Source: Auanema rhodensis (lineage: Eukaryota > Animalia > Nematoda). Taken from it: a DNA stretch of 64,000 nt. Below the pieces are notes generated by a model. It was given only the letters and a program-made list of their open reading frames with translations, searched no databases and had not been told where the DNA came from. Positions within the stretch are counted from its first letter, which is position 1. Each line of letters begins with the position of its first letter. Position numbers and translations under genes: made by a program. The stretch covers positions 11,160,001-11,224,000 of the forward strand of contig OZ059895.1 in NCBI GenBank assembly GCA_964057225.1, written 5' to 3'. Of this stretch, positions 43,695-54,243 are shown one piece after another.

Positions 43695-44878
43695 TATTGG
43701 TTTATTGTTCAGTATTACAGGCTAAACGGTATTAGTACAAATGAGAAATTACATGAGTAAGAGCCATACAATAAGAACATTGAAAAAAAAAATGAAGGGT
43801 GGATAAAAATAATAAGTTAATCTGAGAGTGAATATTTGTAAGCAGTTCCTTTTTTTTTTCAGAAAACAGGGGGTTTGTTCAGCATAAAAGCTGATCTCCT
43901 GTTGGTAGTTGTTAGGTACGGAGGTACTCATAAGTTGAGCCGAGCCCGTTCTAACAATAGGAGATAACTTGCGTTCAATCCGTATGACTCATGTCTATAA
44001 GATATGAAACGAAGTAACGAAGGAGTAAAGAAGGGATGAAAATAGGAAACTGTTGCCAATTGTCACGAACAGAAAAACAGAACAAGGTTATGACTATGGA
44101 AAGAGAAATAATTAACAAAATGAAAAGTGAACAACACTCGTATTAATTATTTAGATCACATTATGGAGTTTGTAGAGTATTGTAGAGGTGTTTTCTGAAG
44201 CTTTTAGTTTTCTCAAGGTTAATCAAGTTGTCGGGTAAAGAATTCCATGTCTTGATCGCTCTGTATTCGATTCCATTTCTTGATGCGTTTTTTCGAAGAT
44301 TAGGAAAGTCGATATTCCATTGGTTCCTACGAAGGGAGTGAGAAAACTTTTTGATCGTAAAAATTCTAGAATGTAACTCGGTATTTGAGTCTTTTATATG
44401 GTTGAAATAAAATATCAGATCGGTTACCAAGCGTCTGGTTAATAATTCCTGAGCCTGCAATATGCCGAGCTGATCGGAATAACTGCAAAAGGTACCTGCT
44501 CTACAGAAAACAGCTCGTAAAAACTTTTTCTGAACGTTCTCGATACGGCTTTTGTTTTTTTCATCTTGAGGTGACCATACTACTGATGCGTATTCGAGAA
44601 TGGGGCGGACATAACAACAAAAAAGTCTAAACATTAGAGTCGGGGATCTGGAATGGAAACAGCGCAGAATGGTGCGGCATTTTTGAGCTGCCAAGTTGCT
44701 GATAGTGTTGATATGACTACCAAAAGTAAGGTTGTGATCAGTGAAAACCCCAAGGTCTTTATAGCTGGAAGCCAAAGACAGGGAAAACTCACCAAAAGTA
44801 AACATTTCCTCGTTGTTTCGGAATGAGTGGTCGTCAGAGATGACCATTATTTTAGTTTTATTGATATTGACTCTCATT
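43695..44878 (-). mobile_element. 5'-truncated non-LTR retrotransposon (CR1 clade / CR1-L2 group), copy 1, ~1.18 kb
   Basis: A non-satellite block inserted in the monomer at CAGTAAAGTT^GAGATAAAGG, with AGTT on both sides (43691-43694 and 44879-44882). It contains the ORF2 C-terminus, a ~465-bp 3' UTR and a terminal (CAATAAAC)x2 repeat instead of poly(A). Confidence 0.93.
44161..44877 (-). pseudogene. C-terminal 238 aa of a LINE ORF2 (end of reverse transcriptase plus thumb/C-terminal region); lacks the endonuclease and the YxDD catalytic motif
   Basis: The motifs NxxKTKIM, YKDLGV.TD..L.F..HI, YVRPILEYASVVWSP, IENVQKKFLR, RRLVTDL and RAIKTWNSLP are typical of CR1-type ORF2 C-termini. Confidence 0.92.
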
Positions 44879-47273
44879 AGTTGAGATAAAGGTTGATTAA
44901 TTACTGGTTTATAACTGTAATATAAAAAAAAGATTGAAGATAATTTGCTGCCTTGGGTTGAGCTATTTAAGGAAAACTACTTGAAAATTGAAAACATTTG
45001 TTACGGAAGAGATAAAATTGAAAATCAGCTGCATGGCGTACTTATAACGTGGTATAGTTGTAAGCGAAAATATCTGGTATTCAATGATTTACATACTTAT
45101 CCTCGTTATAGTATTTCTCCAATTTTATGTTAGTTATGTAATTTTCCACGTTGCATCTGGTTCCCTCGATGATATCAAAGCTTATGTGCTCCAAATACAA
45201 TAAATCAAAAAAGGGTTTCACAGTTGTATAGTGTTTAAACAATGTTTTTTTCGATAGGAAATAGATAGAAACAGTAAAGTTGAGAGAAAGGTTCATTAAC
45301 TACTGGTTTATGACTGTAATATAGAAAAAAGATTGAAGATAATTTGCTGCCTTGGGTTAAGCTATCTAAGTAAAACTACTTGAAAATTGAAAACATTTGT
45401 TACGGAAGAAATAAAATTGAGAATCAGCTGCATGGCGTTCTTTCAACGTGGTATAGTTCTAAGCGAAAATATCTGGTATTCAATGATTTACATACTTATC
45501 CTCGTTATAGTTTTTTTTCCAATTTCCTGTTAGTTATGTAATTTTCCACGTTCCATCTGGATCCCTCGATGATATCAAATTTTATGTGCTCCAAATGCAA
45601 AAAATTAAAAAATGTTTCACAGTTGTATAGTGTTTGAACAATGTTTGTTTTGATAGGAAATAGATAGAAACAGTGAAATTAAAATGAAGGTTCATTAACT
45701 GCTGGTTTATAACTGTAATATAGAAAAAAGATTGAAGATAATTTGCTGTCTTGGGTTAAGCTATCTAAGTAAAACTTCTTGAAAATTGAAAACATTTGTT
45801 ACGGAAGAAATAAAATTGAGAATCAGCTGCATGGCGTTCTTTCAACGTGGTATACTTGTAAGCGAAAATATCTGATATTCAATGATTTACATACTTATCC
45901 TCGTTATAGTTTTTTTCCAATTTTATGTTAGTTATGTAATTTTCCACGTTGCATCTGGTTCCCTCGATGATATCAAATCTTATGTGCTCCAAATACAATA
46001 AATTGAAAAAGGTTTCACAGTTGTATAGTGTTTAAACAATGTTTGTTTTGATAGGAAATAGATAGAAACAGTAAAGTTAAAATGAAGGTTCATTAACTAC
46101 TGGTTTATAACTGTAATATAGGAATAAGATTGAAGATAATTTTCTGCCTTGGGTTGAGCTACCTAAGTAAATCTACTTGAAAAGTGAAAACATTTGTTAC
46201 GGAAGAGATAAAATTGAAAATCAGCTGCATGTCGTACTTTCAACGTGGTATAGTTGAAAGCGAAAATATCTGATTTTCAATGATTTAAATACTTATCCTC
46301 GTTATAGTATTTTTCCAATTTTATGTTAGTTATGTAATTTTCCACGTTGCATCTGGTTCCCTCGATGATATCAAATCTTATGTGCTCCAAATACAATAAA
46401 TTGAAAAAGGTTTCACAGTTGTATAGTGTTTAAACAATGTTTGTTTTGAAAGGAAATAGATAGAAACAGTAAAGCTAAAATGAAGGTTCATTAACTACTG
46501 GTTTATGACTGTAATATAGAAAAAAGATTGAAGATAATTTGCTGCCTTGGGTTAAGCTATCTAAGTAAAACTACTTGAAAATTGAAAACATTTGTTACGG
46601 AAGAAATAAAATTGAGAATCAGCTGCATGGCGTTCTTTCAACGTGGTATACTTGTAAGCGAAAATATCTGATATTCAATGATTTACATACTTATCCTCGT
46701 TATAGTTTTTTTCCAATTTCATGTTAGTTATGTGATTTTCGACGTTCCATCTGGATCCCTCGATGATATCAATTCTTATAAGCTCCAATTATGATAAATT
46801 AAAAAATGTTTCACAGTTGTATAGTGTTTGAACAATGTTTGTTTTGATAGGAAATAGATAGAAACAGTAAAGTTAAAAAGAAGGTTCATTAACTGCTGGT
46901 TTATAACTGTAATATAGAAAAAAGATTGAAGATAATTTGCTGCCTTGGGTTAAGCTATCTAAGTAAAACTACTTGAAAATTGAAAACATTTGTTACGGAA
47001 GAAATAAAATTGAAAATCAGCTGCATGGCGTACTTTTAACGTGGTATAGTTCTAAGCGAAAATATCTGGTATTCAATGATTTACATACTTATCCTCGTTA
47101 TAGTTTTTTTTCCAATTTCCTGTTAGTTATGTAATTTTCCACGTTCCATCTGGATCCCTCGATGATATCAAATTTTATGTGTTCCAAATGCAAAAAATTA
47201 AAAAAGGTTTCACAGTTGTATAGTGTTTTAACAATGTTTGTTTCGATAGGAAATAAATAGAAACAGTAAAGTT

Positions 47274-48458
47274 TATTGGTTTATTGTTCAGTATTACAGG
47301 CTAAACGGTATTAGTACAAATGAGAAATTACATGAGTAAGAGCCATACAATAAGAACATTGAAAAAAAAAATGAAGGGTGGATAAAAATAATAAGTTAAT
47401 CTGAGAGTGAATATTTGTAAGCAGTTCCTTTTTTTTTTTCAGAAAACAGGGGGTTTGTTCAGCATAAAAGCTGATCTCCTGTTGGTAGTTGTTAGGTACG
47501 GAGGTACTCATAAGTTGAGCCGAGCCCGTTCTAACAATAGGAGATAACTTGCGTTCAATCCGTATGACTCATGTCTATAAGATATGAAACGAAGTAACGA
47601 AGGAGTAAAGAAGGGATGAAAATAGGAAACTGTTGCCAATTGTCACGAACAGAAAAACAGAACAAGGTTATGACTATGGAAAGAGAAATAATTAACAAAA
47701 TGAAAAGTGAACAACACTCGTATTAATTATTTAGATCACATTATGGAGTTTGTAGAGTATTGTAGAGGTGTTTTCTGAAGCTTTTAGTTTTCTCAAGGTT
47801 AATCAAGTTGTCGGGTAAAGAATTCCATGTCTTGATCGCTCTGTATTCGATTCCATTTCTTGATGCGTTTTTTCGAAGATTAGGAAAGTCGATATTCCAT
47901 TGGTTCCTACGAAGGGAGTGAGAAAACTTTTTGATCGTAAAAATTCTAGAATGTAACTCGGTATTTGAGTCTTTTATATGGTTGAAATAAAATATCAGAT
48001 CGGTTACCAAGCGTCTGGTTGATAATTCCTGAGCCTGCAATATGCCGAGCTGATCGGAATAACTGCAAAAGGTACCTGCTCTACAGAAAACAGCTCGTAA
48101 AAACTTTTTCTGAACGTTCTCGATACGGCTTTTGTTTTTTTCATCTTGAGGTGACCATACTACTGATGCGTATTCGAGAATGGGGCGGACATAACAACAA
48201 AAAAGTCTAAACATTAGAGTCGGGGATCTGGAATGGAAACAGCGCAGAATGGTGCGGCATTTTTGAGCTGCCAAGTTGCTGATAGTGTTGATATGACTAC
48301 CAAAAGTACGGTTGTGATCAGTGAAAACCCCAAGGTCTTTATAGCTGGAAGCCAAAGACAGGGAAAACTCACCAAAAGTAAACATTTCCTCGTTGTTTCG
48401 GAATGAGTGGTCGTCAGAGATGACCATTATTTTAGTTTTATTGATATTGACTCTCATT
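47274..48458 (-). mobile_element. 5'-truncated CR1-clade LINE, copy 2 (duplicate of copy 1)
   Basis: It has the same truncation point, same AGTT flanks and same flanking private SNPs as copy 1, at an offset of 3579-3580 bp. Visible differences are two substitutions and one poly-T length change. Confidence 0.93.
47741..48457 (-). pseudogene. C-terminal 238 aa of LINE ORF2, copy 2
   Basis: Identical to the 44161-44877 protein except HNLTF->HNRTF and ELLTRR->ELSTRR. Confidence 0.92.
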
Positions 48459-51400
48459 AGTTGAGATAAAGGTTGATTAATTACTGGTTTATAACTGTAA
48501 TATAAAAAAAAGATTGAAGATAATTTGCTGCCTTGGGTTGAGCTATTTAAGGAAAACTACTTGAAAATTGAAAACATTTGTTACGGAAGAGATAAAATTG
48601 AAAATCAGCTGCATGGCGTACTTATAACGTGGTATAGTTGTAAGCGAAAATATCTGGTATTCAATGATTTACATACTTATCCTCGTTATAGTATTTCTCC
48701 AATTTTATGTTAGTTATGTAATTTTCCACGTTGCATCTGGTTCCCTCGATGATATCAAATTTTATGTGCTCCAAATGCAAAAAATTAAAAAATGTTTCAC
48801 AGTTGTATAGTGTTTGAACAATGTTTGTTTTGATAGGAAATAGATAGAAACAGTGAAGTTAAAATGAAGGTTCATTAACTGCTGGTTTATAACTGTAATA
48901 TAGAAAAAAGATTGAAGATAATTTGCTGTCTTGGGTTAAGCTATCTAAGTAAAACTTCTTGAAAATTGAAAACATTTGTTACGGAAGAAATAAAATTGAG
49001 AATCAGCTGCATGGCGTTCTTTCAACGTGGTATACTTGTAAGCGAAAATATCTGATATTCAATGATTTACATACTTATCCTCGTTATAGTTTTTTTCCAA
49101 TTTTATGTTAGTTATGTAATTTTCCACGTTGCATCTGGTTCCCTCGATGATATCAAATCTTATGTGCTCCAAATACAATAAATTGAAAAAGGTTTCACAG
49201 TTGTATAGTGTTTAAACAATGTTTGTTTTGATAGGAAATAGATAGAAACAGTAAAGTTAAAATGAAGGTTCATTAACTACTGGTTTATAACTGTAATATA
49301 GGAATAAGATTGAAGATAATTTGCTGCCTTGGGTTGAGCTATCTAAGTAAAACTACTTAAAAAGTGAAAACATTTGTTACGGAAGAGATAAAATTGAAAA
49401 TCAGCTGCATGGCGTACTTTGAACGTGGTATAGTTGTAAGCGAAAATATCTGATATTCAATGATTTACATACTTATCCTCGTTATAGTGTTTTTCCAATT
49501 TTATGTTAGTTATGTAATTTTCCACGTTGCATCTGGTTCCCTCGATGATATCAAATCTTATGTGCTCCAAATACAATAAATTGAAAAAGGTTTCACAGTT
49601 GTATAGTGTTTAAACAATGTTTGTTTTGATAGGAAATAGATAGAAACAGTAAAGTTAAAATGAAGGTTCATTAACTACTGGTTTATAACTGTAATATAGG
49701 AATAAGATTGAAGATAATTTGCTGCCTTGGGTTAAGCTATCTAAGTAAAACTACTTGAAAATTGAAAACATTTGTTACGGAAGAAATAAAATTGAAAATC
49801 AGCTGCATGGCGTACTTTTAACGTGGTATAGTTGTAAGCGAAAATATCTGGTATTCAATGATTTACATACTTATCCTCGTTATAGGTTTTTTTCCAATTT
49901 CCTGTTAGTTATGTAATTTTCCACGTTCCATCTGGATCCCTCGATGATATCAAATTTTATGTGCTCCAAATGCAAAAAATTAAAAAAGGTTTCACAGTTG
50001 TATAGTGTTTTAACAATGTTTGTTTCGATAGGAAATAGATAGAAACAGTAAAGTTGAGATAAAGGTTCATTAATTACTGGTTTATAACTGTAATGAAGAA
50101 ATAAGATTAAAGATAATTTGCTGCCTTGGGTTGAGCTATCTAAGTAAAACTACTTAAAAAGTGAAAACATTTGTTACGGAAGAGATAAAATTGAAAATCA
50201 GCTGCATGGCGTACTTTGAACGTGGTATAGTTGTAAGCGAAAATATCTGATATTCAATGATTTACATACTTATCCTCGTTATAGTGTTTTTCCAATTTTA
50301 TGTTAGTTATGTAATTTTCCACGTTGCATCTGGTTCCCTCGATGATATCAAATCTTATGTGCTCCAAATACAATAAATTGAAAAAGGTTTCACAGTTGTA
50401 TAGTGTTTAAACAATGTTTGTTTTGATAGGAAATAGATAGAAACAGTAAAGTTAAAATGAAGGTTCATTAACTACTGGTTTATAACTGTAATATAGGAAT
50501 AAGATTGAAGATAATTTTCTGCCTTGGGTTGAGCTACCTAAGTAAATCTACTTGAAAAGTGAAAACATTTGTTACGGAAGAGATAAAATTGAAAATCAGC
50601 TGCATGTCGTACTTTCAACGTGGTATAGTTGAAAGCGAAAATATCTGATTTTCAATGATTTAAATACTTATCCTCGTTATAGTATTTTTCCAATTTTATG
50701 TTAGTTATGTAATTTTCCACGTTGCATCTGGTTCCCTCGATGATATCAAATCTTATGTGCTCCAAATACTATAAATTGAAAAAGGTTTCACAGTTGTATA
50801 GTGTTTAAACAATGTTTGTTTTGAAAGGAAATAGATAGAAACAGTAAAGTTAAAATGGAGGTTCATTAACTACTGGTTTATGACTGTAATATAGAAAAAA
50901 GATTGAAGATAATTTGCTGCCTTGGGTTAAGCTATCTAAGTAAAACTACTTGAAAATTGAAAACATTTGTTACGGAAGAAATAAAATTGAGAATCAGCTG
51001 CATGGCGTTCTTTCAACGTGGTATACTTGTAAGCGAAAATATCTGATATTCAATGATTTACATACTTATCCTCGTTATAGTTTTTTTCCAATTTCATGTT
51101 AGTTATGTGATTTTCGACGTTCCATCTGGATCCCTCGATGATATCAATTCTTATAAGCTCCAATTATGATAAATTAAAAAATGTTTCACAGTTGTATAGT
51201 GTTTGAACAATGTTTGTTTTGATAGGAAATAGATAGAAACAGTAAAGTTAAAATGAAGGTTCATTAACTGCTGGTTTATAACTGTAATATAGAAAAAAGA
51301 TTGAAGATAATTTGCTGCCTTGGGTTAAGCTATCTAAGTAAAACTACTTGAAAATTGAAAACATTTGTTACGGAAGAAATAAAATTGAGAATCAGCTGCA

Positions 51401-52482
51401 TGGCGTTCTTTCAACGTGGTATACTTGTAAGCGAAAATATCTGATATTCAATGATTTACATACTTATCCTCGTTATAGTTTTTTTCCAATTTCATGTTAG
51501 TTATGTGATTTTCGACGTTCCATCTGGATCCCTCGATGATATCAATTCTTATAAGCTCCAATTATGATAAATTAAAAAATGTTTCACAGTTGTATAGTGT
51601 TTGAACAATGTTTGTTTTGATAGGAAATAGGTAGAAACAGTAAAGTTAAAATGAAGGTTCATTAACAAAAAATATGATAAATAGCGGTACACCACATGTA
51701 CCCATAACGCTAAAGAATACTTACTATGCCAACGGGTCATGAAAATATACGAATATTTTCAAACTTTTTAATATCAAAAATGTTACTTTGAAGTAATTGT
51801 TGTTGTATCACTAATAGTTTATAATGTTCTGATAGCAAATGTATTTCATAACTATGGCTAAGAATAGTATAATTGTTTCGTAATATATTTATTGAACAAT
51901 AAATTTTCATTCTAATTTAGAACATGTGTAACCATTTTGTCAGATTTTCTTTTTTACAAAGTGTCTGGAAATGTTGTACTTGTGATCGGATGTGTACAAG
52001 TTTGTTTTTTGCAACAATCCTGCGTTTCCTCGATAGGGTCCAACATTTTGAATTAGTGTTTCCTTAACTATGAAAAAAAAAGAGTACCACATCTGTTATA
52101 ATAAGAATATGGATACAATATCAAACGATCCTATTGTAATCTTCTACAATTTTGGATGACAGTTGTTATTGTATATGGATTTGTCACAAATGAGTTGAAT
52201 TATTGTTAAATATTTGAATTTACGAAATCGAATTATGTAACAAGTAATTAATAAGCGGGTAGTTTACAGGTTGTTTTGGGCAACTGTTGGCGCAATCGGC
52301 GTAATTTAGCGCATTTGGCAGCTGCTAATTAATGTATAAATGCATATATTTGGTGTAATATTTAACAAATAGGAAACCCGCATACCGAAGTCAACTGTTT
52401 TATGAAAGAGGCGGAGTGGGCAGAACTTTACAACAAAATTTGTATAAAAGGTGCAAATTTTTTAAAACCGAAATTAGCATTT

Positions 52483-52548
52483 CAGCTCAGTCAACAAGTC
52501 GAATCTACAATCCAGCTCTGTCAACAAGTCTACTCTCCGATCCAGCTC
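52483..52548 (+). repeat. Imperfect 30-bp tandem duplication (2.2 copies)
   Basis: CAGCTCAGTCAACAAGTCGAATCTACAATC / CAGCTCTGTCAACAAGTCTACTCTCCGATC / CAGCTC. Confidence 0.9.
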
Positions 52549-52658
52549 GTGATTATCATTGTTATTTTCTCCTTAACTTTGAGTTTATTAACATCTTTTC
52601 CTAATTTTTCTCTCTCGAATTAACCGAGTATGTTTACAGTGTGTTTGCTGACTGAGGC

Positions 52659-53434
52659 ATGAAACGTCAGCGCTTCGTTTATGTAAGTTAAACTTTAAGT
52701 TTCCACTTCTTGTACATGTATTTTAAATGAACATTTTATTTCAGCCAAAAGCAAAAACGATTTCTGCACTTTTTCTCAACGTTCGCAACAAGATCCGTGA
52801 AGAGTGAGAATATGATTTCTTATTATTTTAGTTGTTATTTTTAATTCGGGTTATAATTTAATTCATGTCTTTTATAGTGCATGGGATATGGATGAGGCAA
52901 CGCAGAGAGTTTTGTGCCAAAGTATTCTAGAGAAAATTGGGCATATTGATAGTCGTCTGCGACATCGTTCAGGCATACAAAACATCCAAACGTTTTGCTT
53001 CATTTTATAACAATTTTAAAGACAAAATTCCTATTTGATAAACTTGAAACTTTTCCTAGAATTTTTAAAAAGATTTATTGTTTAGTTCGTGGCCACCTGG
53101 ATCCATCACATCAAGGTCCGGACGTTGATAATGTATGTTTCTTCTCACTATTATTCCGTTGACAATAATTTATATTATTTGACTAATCGATACAAACGTG
53201 TATATATAATCATCTAATGACTGAATATTTTATTTTGCATTCTACTATGAAACGTCTTCTGCTTCGACTAAAGCAACAAGCCTTAGCTGCTTCGGTTCTC
53301 GCTCATGCTGTGGAGCTGCCGCGAATGCCGAAAAAGAGACTGTGCTCACGGAGATAGAGAACACGTTCTGTACATTGGATGATGTTATTCTGCAGGTGTC
53401 ATCGATTGAGGGATCAGCTACGGAATCGGACTGA
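52659..53434 (+). pseudogene. Putative multi-exon gene relic, product unknown (exons 52659-52682, 52745-52803, 52878-52972, 53086-53132, ~53240-53434)
   Basis: Introns GTAAGT...TTTCAG (62 nt), GTGAGA...TTATAG (74 nt) and GCATAC...GTTTAG (113 nt) join in frame to give MKRQRFVYPKAKTISALFLNVRNKIREDAWDMDEATQRVLCQSILEKIGHIDSRLRHRSVRGHLDPSHQGPDVDN. The next donor is GTATGT, but its apparent acceptor reads TTTTGCAT (defective). Confidence 0.6.
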
Positions 53435-53626
53435 AGTCCTCGGCATCTATTTCGGATAACATCATTTATTAAATATTTAATCATTAAAATACATTTAAAT
53501 TTAAATATTTTGATGTTCAAAAACTGAAACATTTTAATGTTTTATATTTTCTAAACCATTTCACTCCATCTCTTTTATTTAATCCCATATTTTAAACATT
53601 TTTAAATTTCTACCAGTATTTCATAA

Positions 53627-53922
53627 TCATTTTCCATCATTCCTCGCTCTACATTTGATATAGAGGCTGAAACAGTGGTAATCCTCTACAACTTGCAATG
53701 TATCCCTACAAGTTTTGCAGAGACATATTGGTCTCATAACTACAGGCTGTTGTGGAGAGCTATCCTTGGTACATGTGTAGGGCAGTGCACCTGTTTTCGA
53801 ATCTACCTTCGATATGTGTTCCATTAAATTTAGATTAAATATTTATTACTTCTTATCGAATTAACCTTCGATATGAGTTCCATTGATTAACCCATAAGAC
53901 GTACGGTGAAAATATTGATTAC
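53627..53922 (-). pseudogene. Putative 3' exons of a convergent gene with a Cys-rich end (exons 53922-53866 and 53790-53627)
   Basis: A phase-1 intron GTTAAT...AAACAG (75 nt) joins GNQYFHRTSYGLINGTHIEG to ALPYTCTKDSSPQQPVVMRPICLCKTCRDTLQVVEDYHCFSLYIKCRARNDGK*. No upstream exon was found and no family was recognised. Confidence 0.35.
53797..53884 (+). repeat. ~29-bp imperfect direct repeat, 59-bp offset
   Basis: TCGAATCTACCTTCGATATGTGTTCCATT (53797-53825) vs TCGAATTAACCTTCGATATGAGTTCCATT (53856-53884). Confidence 0.85.
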
Positions 53923-54014
53923 CTTTCAAAAATATTGAAAAAAAAATAAAAAAAACAATATATTTAAGAAATAATTTATTCAGTATTAAAGATACAATTA
54001 AAAAATATATAAAT

Positions 54015-54190
54015 ATTAAAATACATTTGAAAAGAAATATTATTAAAAATACATTTAAAAAGAAAGAATTTAAAAAATACATTTAAAAAGAAAGAATTTA
54101 AAAAATACATTCAAAAAAGAAATAATTATAAAATTACATTTTAAAAGAAATAATTTTACAAAAAAATTTAAAAATAAATAATTTTAAAAA
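54015..54190 (+). repeat. AT-rich 28-bp minisatellite, ~6 degenerate copies
   Basis: A TACATT core occurs at 54022, 54050, 54078, 54106 and 54135. The unit is approximately AAAAATACATTTAAAAAGAAAGAATTTA. Confidence 0.85.
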
Positions 54191-54243
54191 TATATAACTT
54201 ATTAAAACATTAAAAAAACTTTTTTAAAATGATTCAAAAAAAA

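Larger units (their letters stand above)
1..51666 (+). repeat. Tandem satellite DNA array, 398-399-bp AT-rich monomer, ~124 copies (interrupted by two LINE fragments); continues beyond the window start
   Basis: The motif GGAAGAGATAAAATTGAAAATCAGCTGCATG recurs at 1, 400, 798 and onward with constant period. The array stops abruptly after ...GAAGGTTCATTAAC at 51666. The copy number is an estimate from length divided by period. Confidence 0.99.

Noticed and set aside
43749-43931. 60-aa ORF in the LINE insert (66-aa version at 47311-47511; antisense ORF at 48019-48210)
   Set aside because: The 60/66-aa ORFs lie in the 3' UTR and change frame between copies through a poly-T slip. The 48019 ORF is antisense to ORF2, and its start arises from one of the copy-2 SNPs.
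43695-48458. LTR pair of a retrotransposon, or two independent site-specific insertions
   Set aside because: The repeats encode LINE ORF2, lack TG..CA ends and enclose only satellite. Identical truncation points and flanking SNPs indicate duplication.
1-51666. CRISPR array or prokaryotic repeat system
   Set aside because: There are no unique spacers, the unit is 398 bp and no cas genes are present. The LINE and spliceosomal-type introns indicate a eukaryote.
53245-53532. 95-aa minus-strand ORF
   Set aside because: It starts in AT-rich low-complexity sequence and is the antisense shadow of the plus-strand exon-like block.
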